Below are positions 32,524-42,089 of a stretch of DNA of 64,000 nt, in pieces. This DNA comes from a virus (Duplodnaviria; Caudoviricetes). Location of the stretch: the IMG/VR virus record IMGVR_UViG_2772190763_000002, positions 2,601 to 66,600 of that record; one strand, written 5' to 3'. The notes beneath the pieces were generated by a model, which saw nothing but the letters and a program-made list of their open reading frames with translations, did no database searches and was not told the origin of the DNA. The stretch's first letter is position 1. Each line of letters begins with the position of its first letter. Position numbers and translations under genes: made by a program.

Positions 32524-34136
32524 GCGCCGGGGTAGACAAGATCGGCCTTGCGCGAGCCGAAGCTGTCATTCGCTTTATTGAGATGCTGAAGGTGCCGAGC
32601 GGTGAGGGTCAAGGAGATCCTATCCGTCTCCGAGATTGGCAGAAACAGTTCGTGCGAGACGTGTACGCGCCGAATACGGATGGCGTGCGCAGGGTGCGGC
32701 GAGCTATCTTGTCGGTTGGGCGTAAGAACGGCAAGACAGCTTTGATCGCTGCGCTGGTTCTGGCGCACCTTGTTGGTCCGGAGGCTGTCGCCAACGGCGA
32801 AATCTATTCTGCAGCGACAGATCGCGAGCAGGCTGGTCAAGTTTTCAAGTTTGCCAGGCAGATCGTTGAACTGGATCCAGAACTAGACGCCAAGTCCGGC
32901 GGCCTTATTACGGTCGTGCCATCGACGAAAACCCTGATGTGCAAGGGTAATGGCTCATTCTATCGCGCCCTGTCGGCGGAGGCCGGCACGAAGCACGGCC
33001 TGAACCCTTCGGTTTGGATTTACGACGAGTTGGCGCAGGCGCGCGATCGCGAACTATACGACGTCCTTAGAACGTCGCAGGGCGCGCGCAAGGAGCCGCT
33101 TGGCATCGTTATCTCGACGCAATCACCAGATCCAGAGCATCCGCTTTCAAAGCTTATCGACGACGGCCTGCTGGCTAATTCGCCAGATATTGCCGTGCAC
33201 CTGTACGCCGTACCAGATGAAGTAGAAGACATTTACGACGAAGAAGTCTGGTACGGCGCCAACCCGGCGCTGGGCGACTTCAGATCGCTTGAAGACCTTC
33301 GTTCTCTGGCCTCTTCCGCGCAGCGCATGCCAGCCGAAGAGTCTGCCTTCCGCAATCTATATCTGAACCAGCGCGTTGACCAAACGTCGCCGCTTATCCC
33401 GCGGTCTGAATGGAAGGCGTGCCAGACGGGCGACACACTGCGCAAGGGCGAGAAAATCTATCTCGCGCTCGACTTGTCCGGCAAGGTGGACTTGACCGCG
33501 CTTGTGGGTGTGTCTGCTGACCCTGCGGACGATCGTGTTGGCGCGTGGCACTGGAAGCCGAAAGATTATCTCCACGACCACACTCGCCGCGACAACTTCG
33601 ATTACGTCACTGCGGCGTCTGAGGTTGGTGGGTCGTGGCTAGAGACGCCACCAGGCAAGATCATCGACTACGAATACGTCGCCAGGCGGATAGCGGAAAT
33701 AAAAAGCGAGTACGACATTGTCGGGCTGGCCTATGACCGGTGGCGCATGGATCTGCTTCTGGTGGAATTCAGGCGCATTGGCCTTGATGCTTACATCGAG
33801 GGGCAAGACGAACCGTTTGACGGTGCCTTGCGGCTGGTTAAGTGGGGGCAGGGCTACAACGAAATGTCGCCGGCCGTTGAGGCGCTAGAGACTTCTGTGA
33901 TTACGCGGAAATTCAAGCACAACGGCAACCCGCTTCTGGGCTTCTGCTTTGCGAACGCGATTGTAACATTCGATCCTGCAGGCAACCGAAAGCTAGACAA
34001 GTCGGCAACCAGATTTCGCATTGATGGAGCCGTGGCGACGTGCATGTCGATCGGGATGAAGTCGCGCGATTTGGCCGTAGCTGAACCGGTCAAAACATCC
34101 TTCTGGTCCGTTCTGGATCCCACCCAGCAATATTAG
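32466..34136 (+). CDS. terL: Terminase large subunit
   Basis: LRDWQK, GRKNGKT, IYDEL, LDLS..DLTA, IDGAVA. Confidence 0.95.
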   Translation: MSTGRQAKIEVRRPDWAKVGAGVDKIGLARAEAVIRFIEMLKVPSGEGQGDPIRLRDWQKQFVRDVYAPNTDGVRRVRRAILSVGRKNGKTALIAALVLAHLVGPEAVANGEIYSAATDREQAGQVFKFARQIVELDPELDAKSGGLITVVPSTKTLMCKGNGSFYRALSAEAGTKHGLNPSVWIYDELAQARDRELYDVLRTSQGARKEPLGIVISTQSPDPEHPLSKLIDDGLLANSPDIAVHLYAVPDEVEDIYDEEVWYGANPALGDFRSLEDLRSLASSAQRMPAEESAFRNLYLNQRVDQTSPLIPRSEWKACQTGDTLRKGEKIYLALDLSGKVDLTALVGVSADPADDRVGAWHWKPKDYLHDHTRRDNFDYVTAASEVGGSWLETPPGKIIDYEYVARRIAEIKSEYDIVGLAYDRWRMDLLLVEFRRIGLDAYIEGQDEPFDGALRLVKWGQGYNEMSPAVEALETSVITRKFKHNGNPLLGFCFANAIVTFDPAGNRKLDKSATRFRIDGAVATCMSIGMKSRDLAVAEPVKTSFWSVLDPTQQY

Positions 34137-34152
34137 AAACAAGGAATGCCGG

Positions 34153-35400
34153 ATGGGTATCTGGAACAAGATGTTTGGTCGCGAGGCGGCCGAGCAAAAA
34201 TCCGTGTCTTTCGATCCGGTTTGGGAGTCTTTCTTCGGGTATAGGCAGCCAAAATCTGGTGTTCTGGTCAACTGGCAGCGCGCTCTTGATGTCAGCACTG
34301 TATTTGCGTGCCTTCGGGTTATTGCAAACGGTGTTGCGCAGGTGCCGCTGCAGGTGATGAAAGAACTGCCGGACGGCAAAGGCGGCACGCCTGCGCTCGA
34401 CCATCCGCTCTATAAGGTTCTGAATCTCAGGCCAAATAAGTGGATGACTGCGTTTGAACTTCGAGAGGCGATGATATTCCATGTCGGGCTTACCGGAAAC
34501 TTCTTTGCCTACAAAAACATCGTCCGCGGTCAGGTTCGCGAGCTAATTCCGATTGATCCCGGTTGCGTTTCGATCATTCGGAACAACGATTACTCGCTTA
34601 CATACACGATTACGTCGCTTGACGGCACCAGCCGGCAACTTCCGCAGTCGCTAGTCTGGCACGTCAAAGGACCATCGTGGGATACCTGGCGCGGCTTGGA
34701 TGCCGTGCAGCAGGCTCGTGAGGCGATTGGACTTGCGATCGCTACCGAGAGCACGCAAGCAGAGATGCATGCCAATGGCATGCAGACTTCCGGCGTTTAT
34801 TCTACAGATAACAAGATTTCTCCGGACGAATATAAGCAGATTCAGGCGTGGATTGCCGCGCAGACGGGCGGAGCTAACCGTCACAAGCCGTTCGTAATCG
34901 ATTCAGGCTTCAAATGGACGCCGCAGTCAATGACTGGCGTCGACGCGCAACATCTCGAGACGCGTAAGTATCAAGTAGAACAGATTTGCCAAGCATTCGG
35001 CGTCTTCCCGCAAATGATCGGGCACGCCGGCCAGGCAATGACGTTTGCGAGCGCTGAACAGGTGTTTCTGGCCCACGTTGTCCACACTCTCGGCCCTTGG
35101 TGGCGCCGTATCGAGGAATCGATCGACGTCAATCTATTGGACGGCAAAGAGGACGAAGGTTTCTGCGCCAAATTCAATGCCAACGCCCTACTAAAAGGGG
35201 CGGCGAAGGATCGCAGCGAATTCTATTCTAAGGCACTAGGTTCTGGCGGCTCACCCGCGTGGATGACTCCTAACGAGATCCGCGCTCTAGAAGACCTAAA
35301 TCCTATTGCTGGCGGAGACGAACTGCCCAAACCGACAAATGTTGGCGGCGCGGCCGCGCCCAATAAGCCGCAGGACGGCCAACAGGATCCAAAAACATGA
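34153..35400 (+). CDS. Portal protein (HK97 family)
   Basis: VFACLRVIA, RPNKWMT, ICQAFGVFPQMIG, WMTPNEIRALE. Confidence 0.95.
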   Translation: MGIWNKMFGREAAEQKSVSFDPVWESFFGYRQPKSGVLVNWQRALDVSTVFACLRVIANGVAQVPLQVMKELPDGKGGTPALDHPLYKVLNLRPNKWMTAFELREAMIFHVGLTGNFFAYKNIVRGQVRELIPIDPGCVSIIRNNDYSLTYTITSLDGTSRQLPQSLVWHVKGPSWDTWRGLDAVQQAREAIGLAIATESTQAEMHANGMQTSGVYSTDNKISPDEYKQIQAWIAAQTGGANRHKPFVIDSGFKWTPQSMTGVDAQHLETRKYQVEQICQAFGVFPQMIGHAGQAMTFASAEQVFLAHVVHTLGPWWRRIEESIDVNLLDGKEDEGFCAKFNANALLKGAAKDRSEFYSKALGSGGSPAWMTPNEIRALEDLNPIAGGDELPKPTNVGGAAAPNKPQDGQQDPKT

Positions 35401-36137
35401 CGAAAAAGACTGATGGGGGCGCGATAGAGCGCCTCGGTTTTGCGCTTGGCGAGGTAAAGCTAGGCGCGGTCGATGTTTCCGACGACGATATGACATTTTC
35501 TGGCTACGGCGCTGTATTTGGCAATGCCGACTCGTATGATGATGTTATTTTGAAGGGCGCGTTCAAAGAGACGCTAGCAAACGCCAAAAAAACCGGCATT
35601 TGGCCGGCAATGTTGTCTCAGCATGGCAGTTTTGGCACGGAAATGACGCCAATCGGCGTTTGGACTGACATGAAAGAGGACGATGTTGGCCTCTACGTTG
35701 AAGGCAAACTGGCGCCGACAGATCGCGGAAAAGAGGCGTATCAACTCCTCAAAATGACGCCACGACCGGCGATTGGTGGCCTTTCTATCGGTTTTCGGGC
35801 CCTTGATTGGTCGATGCGGTCGGCTCCTGATGAGCCGCGGCGCACGCTAAAGGCCGTCGACCTTATCGAAGTATCGCTCGTGACGTTTCCGGCCAACCCG
35901 AAATCCCGCGTCACCAGCGTGAAATCAGAATTTAACCCGCGAGAAATCGAGGACAGCCTGCGTGAAGCCGGCCTGTCGCGGGCAGACAGCGTGAAGGCTG
36001 TTGCAGTTCTCAAAAGCATGCTGCTTCGCGATGAAGCAGAGCCGAATGCTGATCTTCGTGATGAAGAGGAAGCGGCAATCAAGAGCGAGGCTGAGCTAAC
36101 CAAGCTGGCCGAGCGCATCAAGGCGCTGACTGCCTAG
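35397..36137 (+). CDS. Prohead protease (HK97 family)
   Basis: FSGYGAVF, GLSIGF, EVSLVTFPAN. Confidence 0.93.
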   Translation: MTKKTDGGAIERLGFALGEVKLGAVDVSDDDMTFSGYGAVFGNADSYDDVILKGAFKETLANAKKTGIWPAMLSQHGSFGTEMTPIGVWTDMKEDDVGLYVEGKLAPTDRGKEAYQLLKMTPRPAIGGLSIGFRALDWSMRSAPDEPRRTLKAVDLIEVSLVTFPANPKSRVTSVKSEFNPREIEDSLREAGLSRADSVKAVAVLKSMLLRDEAEPNADLRDEEEAAIKSEAELTKLAERIKALTA

Positions 36138-36183
36138 CCGGCATCACGCTCTTAAACCACCACCACATCACAGGAGACTAAAA

Positions 36184-37461
36184 ATGGCTGATTCCGCCAT
36201 CGAACAGGTCATGACCGCGTTCGAAGAATTCAAGTCCACCAACGACGCCCGCCTCAAGGAAATTGAGAAGAAGGGTGCCGCTGATCCGATCGTAGCCGAA
36301 AAGCTCGGACGCATCGAAACCGACCTTGCCAAGCTTGAAGACATCAACCAGAAGCTGACCGCTGCTGCGCTTGAAGCCAAGAAGGAAAAGGATCACGTCG
36401 ACGAGCTCGAAGAGAAGCTAAACCGCCTCTCTGTCGCCGGTTCGGCCGACCCCGAACAGCGAAAGATCGACCTGAAGACCAAGGTTAATCTCTGGGCTCG
36501 CGCAGTCGTCAACGCCCACACCATCGGCGTTCCGAACCTGCCCGCCGACCAGCAGAAGGCTTTGGCTGACGTCGTTGCCGAATACAAGGCGCTGTCTCTC
36601 GGCAATGACACGACCGGCGGATACCTTGCGCCGTCCGAATATGTACGCGAAATCATCAAGACCGTGACGGAAATCTCTCCGGCTCGCGCTCTTGCTCGCG
36701 TTCGCCAGACTGCATCGAAGTCCATTCAGCTTCCGAAGCGCACCGGCCAGTTTGCGGCTCAGTGGGTTGCTGAACAGGGCACCAAGTCTGAAACCGACGG
36801 CCTGCGCTACGGCATGTGGGAAGTCCCCACCCACGAACTCTTCGCGCTGATCGATATTTCGAACCAGAACCTTGAAGACTCCGCCTTCAATCTGGAATCC
36901 GAGATCTCCTTCGAAGCAACCGAGCAGTTCGCAGTCGCCGAAGGCGCCGCTTTCGTCAACGGCAACGCAGTTGGCAAGCCGGAAGGCTTCCTCGTGGCGG
37001 CTGGCATCACCAGCACCAATTCAGGCTCCGCCACCACGATCGCCGACGTCGACGGCCAGGCAGACGGCCTGCTCAAGATGAAGTACAGCCTGAAGACTGC
37101 GTACACGCGCAACGCTTCGTGGGCTCTGAACCGCACCACGCTCGGCTCTGTTCGCCGCTTGAAGGACGCTCAGAAAAATTACATCTGGATGCCAGGCATT
37201 GCCCTCGGCCGCCCGAACACGATCGACGGCGACCCCTACGTCGAAGTTCCTGACATGCCGAACGAAGGCGCTGGCGCTACTCCGATCGCATACGGCGATT
37301 TCGCCAAGGCATACACGCTCGTCGACCGTATCGCCATGGAAATGCTCCGCGATCCTTACACGCAGGCAACCAGCGGCAACGTTCGCTTCATCTTCCGTCG
37401 CCGCCTCGGCGGCCAGGTTGTCCTGCCGGAAGCCCTGAAGAAGCTGACCTGCTCGGTCTAA
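36184..37461 (+). CDS. Major capsid protein (HK97 fold)
   Basis: Coiled-coil delta domain, GGYLAP, AFVNGN..KPEGF, YGDF, RDPYT. Confidence 0.95.
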   Translation: MADSAIEQVMTAFEEFKSTNDARLKEIEKKGAADPIVAEKLGRIETDLAKLEDINQKLTAAALEAKKEKDHVDELEEKLNRLSVAGSADPEQRKIDLKTKVNLWARAVVNAHTIGVPNLPADQQKALADVVAEYKALSLGNDTTGGYLAPSEYVREIIKTVTEISPARALARVRQTASKSIQLPKRTGQFAAQWVAEQGTKSETDGLRYGMWEVPTHELFALIDISNQNLEDSAFNLESEISFEATEQFAVAEGAAFVNGNAVGKPEGFLVAAGITSTNSGSATTIADVDGQADGLLKMKYSLKTAYTRNASWALNRTTLGSVRRLKDAQKNYIWMPGIALGRPNTIDGDPYVEVPDMPNEGAGATPIAYGDFAKAYTLVDRIAMEMLRDPYTQATSGNVRFIFRRRLGGQVVLPEALKKLTCSV

Positions 37462-37518
37462 GCCAACGGCGGCGCCTCGAAAGGGGCGCCATTTCCAACT
37501 TGAAAAGGAGATAGCCTG

Positions 37519-37908
37519 ATGGCTTCCAGAGACCTTTATGACAATATCGGCGTCGTAACGTCGATTGCTCCCGCCGTTCTTACCGCCACCACGCAGGGTA
37601 CGGGCGTCGACATTGCTGGCTTTGAGTCCGCGACCGTCGTTATCAATACCGGCGCCATCGCTGGTGCGGGCGTTTTTAACGTAACCCTCGAAGAATCCGA
37701 TGTTTCGGGTTCCGGTTACACTGCCGTTTCGGCATCGAAGATCCTCGGCACCCTTCCGACCCCGCTTACTGCGTCGACGGTGTACAAACTCGGATACCTC
37801 GGCAGCAAGCAGTTTATTCGCCCTGTCCTGACGCTGGCATCTGGCACATCGATTGCGGCAGGCGCCGTTGTCGTCAAGTCGCACGCGCGCAACAATCCCG
37901 TCGCTTAA
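37519..37908 (+). CDS. Putative head decoration/virion protein
   Basis: Position after capsid; beta-rich. Confidence 0.65.
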   Translation: MASRDLYDNIGVVTSIAPAVLTATTQGTGVDIAGFESATVVINTGAIAGAGVFNVTLEESDVSGSGYTAVSASKILGTLPTPLTASTVYKLGYLGSKQFIRPVLTLASGTSIAAGAVVVKSHARNNPVA

Positions 37909-38093
37909 TGATGCATCGTGTTGTGAAGCCGTTTTCATTCTCTGAAGATGGCTTCACGCTCGTTGACCTGGAAATCGGGGATGAGCGTGATGATTTTGGC
38001 GCTATGGCCGATGGCCTTGTAGCTGAAGGTTATATCGAGCCCGTCGGCGCCACTAACGACGAGCAGCCCGCAGTCCGCGGACGAAGGAAATAA
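37908..38093 (+). CDS. Small head-region protein
   Basis: 61-aa ORF in head operon. Confidence 0.6.
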   Translation: MMHRVVKPFSFSEDGFTLVDLEIGDERDDFGAMADGLVAEGYIEPVGATNDEQPAVRGRRK

Positions 38094-38095
38094 TC

Positions 38096-38734
38096 ATGAA
38101 CTTGCGCCTTGTGACGCCAGGAACGGAAACGATTGTATCGTTGACCGAAGCCAAGGCGCATCTTCGTGTTTTTCACGACGATGACGATGGCTATATTGAG
38201 GCGCTAGCTGCTGCTGCTCAAGATTGGCTGACCGGAGAAAATAATTGGCTTGGTCGTAGTGTCGTCGAGCAAGGTTGGGAATTAACTCAAGAGCGTTTTC
38301 CGTGGCGCGGATATTGCGAACCGTGGCCGTATTCGCGGCATCATTACCGTAACGACTATCATCCGAACGCGCTGTATCTGCCAAAGCCTCCGCTCAAGGA
38401 GGTAACAGGCCTATTTTACACGCCGTCAAACGGCGGCGCAGAGGTGGAAATAACCGATTTCCGCGCGATCGGCATAGCCGACACCAACGGCGCCTATTTG
38501 CTTCCTGCAAAGGGGCAATCATGGCCAATGACCGATGGCGAGCCGGGATCTGTGCGCGTCGAGTTTACGGCCGGCTACGACTCTGTTCCGCAGTCGATAA
38601 AGCATGCCGCGATGCTGATGGTTGCGCACTGGTACGAAAACCGCGAGGCGGTGACAACCGATTTGAAGGGGCTTGCCAATTTGCCGTTGGCAGTTGACGC
38701 GCTCTTGGCGCCCTACAGGAGCTGGCCGCACTGA
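38096..38734 (+). CDS. Head-tail connector (gp6-like)
   Basis: SLTEAKAHLRV, VAHWYENRE. Confidence 0.88.
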   Translation: MNLRLVTPGTETIVSLTEAKAHLRVFHDDDDGYIEALAAAAQDWLTGENNWLGRSVVEQGWELTQERFPWRGYCEPWPYSRHHYRNDYHPNALYLPKPPLKEVTGLFYTPSNGGAEVEITDFRAIGIADTNGAYLLPAKGQSWPMTDGEPGSVRVEFTAGYDSVPQSIKHAAMLMVAHWYENREAVTTDLKGLANLPLAVDALLAPYRSWPH

Positions 38735-38752
38735 CGGCAGAAGGATTTACCA

Positions 38753-39157
38753 ATGGCAGACATCACAATTACTCCCGCAAACGTCGTGGCCGGCACCAAT
38801 GCCACGCGTGATATCGGCACAGCAGGCGAAACCATAGTCGCAGGCAAGGCCATCTTCCTGAACGCCGCCACCAATCGGTGGATGCTTTCCGACAACAACG
38901 GGACCGGCACGCGTCAGGTTAACGGTATCGCCCTCAATGGCGCCAGCTTGAACCAACCTGTTTCGATCCTGAAGTCTGGCGACATCACGATCGGCGGGAC
39001 GCTCACCCCCGGCGCCGCTCTGTATTTGTCGGCAACGGCGGGCGGTATCTGCCCTGTTGCTGACCTTGCAACCGGCATGGACACAATCCTGATCGGCCTC
39101 GCCAAGAGCGCTACGGTGCTTGCCGTCGACATCCAAGACAGCGGTGTGACGCTCTAA
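38753..39157 (+). CDS. Putative virion structural protein
   Basis: AGETIVAG...LYLSATAGGI. Confidence 0.65.
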   Translation: MADITITPANVVAGTNATRDIGTAGETIVAGKAIFLNAATNRWMLSDNNGTGTRQVNGIALNGASLNQPVSILKSGDITIGGTLTPGAALYLSATAGGICPVADLATGMDTILIGLAKSATVLAVDIQDSGVTL

Positions 39158-39158
39158 C

Positions 39159-39368
39159 ATGTGGGCGCGCTTTACCGAGCGCTTCAACTGGCACGCAACA
39201 CCAGCCGTCACTATCGTTTTTAAACCAGACGGCGGCCCGCTTAAAGATGGCCGCTATCTGGTGACTAGGCGGTGCTATGAGGCGGCTGGCTCAGCGGCGG
39301 TAAAGTGTGAGCGGCCGGAAGGTTTGGGGCGATTGCCGATGGCGAAGGCGACCGTAAGGCGGAGGTGA
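39159..39368 (+). CDS. Hypothetical protein
   Basis: 69-aa ORF in operon. Confidence 0.55.
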   Translation: MWARFTERFNWHATPAVTIVFKPDGGPLKDGRYLVTRRCYEAAGSAAVKCERPEGLGRLPMAKATVRRR

Positions 39369-39371
39369 TTT

Positions 39372-39728
39372 ATGGCTACCAAACCTGGCGCTGGCGGATT
39401 GCGATCGCTGTTGCACTTTCAGGTGCGCGAGCTCGTCGACGATGGCTATGGTAATGAGGTCGCTGGAGATTTCGCTACCGTCTTCACGACTGCCGCAGAA
39501 CTCATCCCGCTTAAGGGCGGCGAGCCGGTAATTGCGGCGAGATTGACCGGAATCCAGCCGTTCGTCCTGCGCATCCGCTCTAGCGTCTCGGCACGCGCCG
39601 TCAACACGGCTTGGCGGGCTGTTGATGCACGCAACCCTACGCGAATTTTCAACATTACCGCGGCAGTAGATCCGACCAACAAGAATGCTTGGCTTGAAAT
39701 CATGGCCACGCAGGGAGTGGCGACATAA
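39372..39728 (+). CDS. Head closure (SPP1 gp16-like) protein
   Basis: DDGYGN, position. Confidence 0.8.
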   Translation: MATKPGAGGLRSLLHFQVRELVDDGYGNEVAGDFATVFTTAAELIPLKGGEPVIAARLTGIQPFVLRIRSSVSARAVNTAWRAVDARNPTRIFNITAAVDPTNKNAWLEIMATQGVAT

Positions 39729-40222
39729 TGGCGTTGAAAGCCAAAATCCTTGGCCGTGAAGCGCTGACTGCGAAGCTTGATCAGTTGGCGCCAGCCGCCA
39801 CCAAATATGCTGCAGAAGCGAAGCTAAAGGCCGCAGAGGAGCTTGCGGAAGCCATAAGGGACAAGGCGCCGGTTGGTGCCTCTCTCGAATATCGCGAAAG
39901 CATCGAAGGCGACTTGTTAAATTCAAGGCCGCATCAAGAGCAAGTTGGCATCCAGAAATCCAAGGATCCTGACGCCACAGGAATTTTCGCTGAATTCATT
40001 TGGCGATTCTTGGAATTTGGGACCGCCCCACACAATACGGCGAAGGGTGGCGGCACTGTCTTGGGAAAGGCCACGCACACCGCTGGTGGTGGAACGCAGC
40101 ACCCCGGCACCAGCGCGCAGCCCCACATCTTCACGACCTACCGCGCCATGAAGCCAGCCATTAAGAAGAAAATCCGCGCGGCCATCAATAAAGGCGTGCG
40201 CGAAGCCATGGGGAAAAAATAA
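39728..40222 (+). CDS. HK97 gp10-like neck protein
   Basis: FLEFGT..HPGTSAQPH. Confidence 0.8.
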   Translation: MALKAKILGREALTAKLDQLAPAATKYAAEAKLKAAEELAEAIRDKAPVGASLEYRESIEGDLLNSRPHQEQVGIQKSKDPDATGIFAEFIWRFLEFGTAPHNTAKGGGTVLGKATHTAGGGTQHPGTSAQPHIFTTYRAMKPAIKKKIRAAINKGVREAMGKK

Positions 40223-40633
40223 ATGGCTTCACCCGATCTAGAGCTTCAGGCCGCCATGGTCGCGCGCCTTAAGGCTGATGCCACGCTAACTACGCTAGTT
40301 CAGGGCCGCGTATACGACCAGCCACCCGATCCGGCGGCATTTCCATACGTTACGCTCGGGGAAGCGCAGTTCATCCGCGACGATGCAACATGCATCTCGG
40401 CAGGCGCCGTTTATCTCACGCTCCACGCATGGTCGCGCGCAGTCGGATTTCCCGAAGCGAAGCGCGTGGCTGATGCTGTGGCGGAGTCGCTTCATCTAGC
40501 GCCACTAACCTTGGCGACCAACAGATTGATTTCCATAAATCACCGCCAGAACCGCGCCTTTCGCGATCCGGACGGACTCACATCGCACGTGGTCATCGAG
40601 CTGGTGGCCTACGTCGAGAAGCCGACTGCTTAG
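40223..40633 (+). CDS. Tail terminator (DUF3168)
   Basis: RVYDQPP..FPYVTLG, RDPDG. Confidence 0.85.
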   Translation: MASPDLELQAAMVARLKADATLTTLVQGRVYDQPPDPAAFPYVTLGEAQFIRDDATCISAGAVYLTLHAWSRAVGFPEAKRVADAVAESLHLAPLTLATNRLISINHRQNRAFRDPDGLTSHVVIELVAYVEKPTA

Positions 40634-40705
40634 CGCGGGCGGCAAGCCCCACCAAGGGCAAACAAGCGCAACCGCGCTAACCACCACCACATCTAGGAGA
40701 CTAAT

Positions 40706-41140
40706 ATGGCACAAGTCGGCCAGGTTCTTGGCAGAACGCTGCTTATCAAAATTGGCGATGGCGCCGATCCGGAAGTTTTCTCGAATCTGTGCGGTCTGAA
40801 GACCCGCAGCTTCGACATGTCGACCAACGAAATCGACACTACGATCCCGTCGTGCACGAATCCCGGCGACGTAGTCCAGAAGACTAGCCGACCGGGCATT
40901 GCAAGCCGCACCTTTACGGGTTCTGGCGCATACGTTGCAGGCGCCAACGCGTCGGCATTCATGACGCACGTGACCAACGCCACTGCATTCAATGCGCAGG
41001 TTGTTGTCCCCGGCCTCGGCACCTTCTCTGGTCCATTCTTCGTTACGAGCTTTAACTTCTCGGGCGATGTCGAGCCGAACATGGATTTCAGCGCCACCTT
41101 CACGGCCGCCGACGTCCTGACGTTCGTTGCTGAGGCATAA
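40706..41140 (+). CDS. Major tail tube protein
   Basis: GRTLLIKIGDG, position. Confidence 0.85.
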   Translation: MAQVGQVLGRTLLIKIGDGADPEVFSNLCGLKTRSFDMSTNEIDTTIPSCTNPGDVVQKTSRPGIASRTFTGSGAYVAGANASAFMTHVTNATAFNAQVVVPGLGTFSGPFFVTSFNFSGDVEPNMDFSATFTAADVLTFVAEA

Positions 41141-41142
41141 TC

Positions 41143-41505
41143 ATGGCTAAAGAGGAGAAGACTGTGGTTGCTTTCAAGCATACCGTCAACGAGGCGCGCG
41201 GTGAAGTGCGCCTCGTCATTGACGACGTAGAGCTCGTCATTGCGGCAACATTGGGCGGCCTGTCTGCTGTTTCCAGCCGCCTACAGTGCAAGTCGCTGAA
41301 CGACCTGTTCACACGCCTTTCCGGCGTCGAAGTCTCCGCGACTGAGGCCGCCATCGCGCTGCTCACAGTCAAGGGCGACGCTATCGAGGCGCTGACCAAG
41401 CTGAGACTGAAACACTTCCTGGCGTGCGCCTCTGCGTTCACGGCGGCTCTTTCGCACCACTTCGACGGTGACGAGGGAAACGATCTGGCCGCTCCGGCGG
41501 CATAG
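41143..41505 (+). CDS. Tail assembly chaperone (G)
   Basis: Between tube and tape measure; GGGAAAC slippery site 41475-41481. Confidence 0.8.
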   Translation: MAKEEKTVVAFKHTVNEARGEVRLVIDDVELVIAATLGGLSAVSSRLQCKSLNDLFTRLSGVEVSATEAAIALLTVKGDAIEALTKLRLKHFLACASAFTAALSHHFDGDEGNDLAAPAA

Positions 41506-41711
41506 AGCCTTCCGACGAAGCATTTCCATGGCGGCAATGGATGAAAACCGGGATCGGCGGCTTAGGCTGGCGACCCGCTGACTTTTGGGAAGCCACGCTG
41601 ACGGAATTCTTCATCGCGATCAAGGGCCACAATGAGGCGCAAGGCGGCGAGGAAGAGACGGCAGGCCCATCACAAGGCGAAATGGCCGCGATTATTGCGA
41701 AATATGGTTAG
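41475..41711 (+). CDS. Tail assembly chaperone -1 frame extension (T)
   Basis: -1 frame open from slippery site to TAG 41709; LGWRPADFWEATLTE motif. Confidence 0.7.
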   Translation, partial: GKRSGRSGGIEPSDEAFPWRQWMKTGIGGLGWRPADFWEATLTEFFIAIKGHNEAQGGEEETAGPSQGEMAAIIAKYG

Positions 41712-41716
41712 GCTGC

Positions 41717-42034
41717 CTACTGCGCACAGTCCGACAAGTTCTGGTCCATCAGCAGATTATTGTACTCAGTATTGAAGCCAAACGGCTTGAAGCCGGTGTA
41801 GGCGCCGAACGAGTTTTTGAGGTTCACTTCGCCGCACACCAGTTCTGGTCGGCTTTTGGCGAACCTCAAATCAATAAATTGGGCTGAAAGCGGGTCTTTC
41901 GCTTCAGACGTTAGCGCCGAGAACATGGCCCTTGTCACCTTCTCGTCGATAGCCTTCCCAGACGCATCAACGACCTGTTGAGCGTGCGCGGAGCCGGCAA
42001 TCAGCGCAGCAATCAAAATCATACCCGTTTTCAT
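41717..42034 (-). CDS. Secreted moron protein
   Basis: Signal peptide ..AGSAHA; VCGEVNLKNSFGAYTGF; opposite strand inside tail operon. Confidence 0.75.
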   Translation of the reverse strand: MKTGMILIAALIAGSAHAQQVVDASGKAIDEKVTRAMFSALTSEAKDPLSAQFIDLRFAKSRPELVCGEVNLKNSFGAYTGFKPFGFNTEYNNLLMDQNLSDCAQ

Positions 42035-42089
42035 CAGACCCTCGGAGAGCCCGCCTAGCGCGGGCTTTTCTATTATAGGATGAGTTTAT

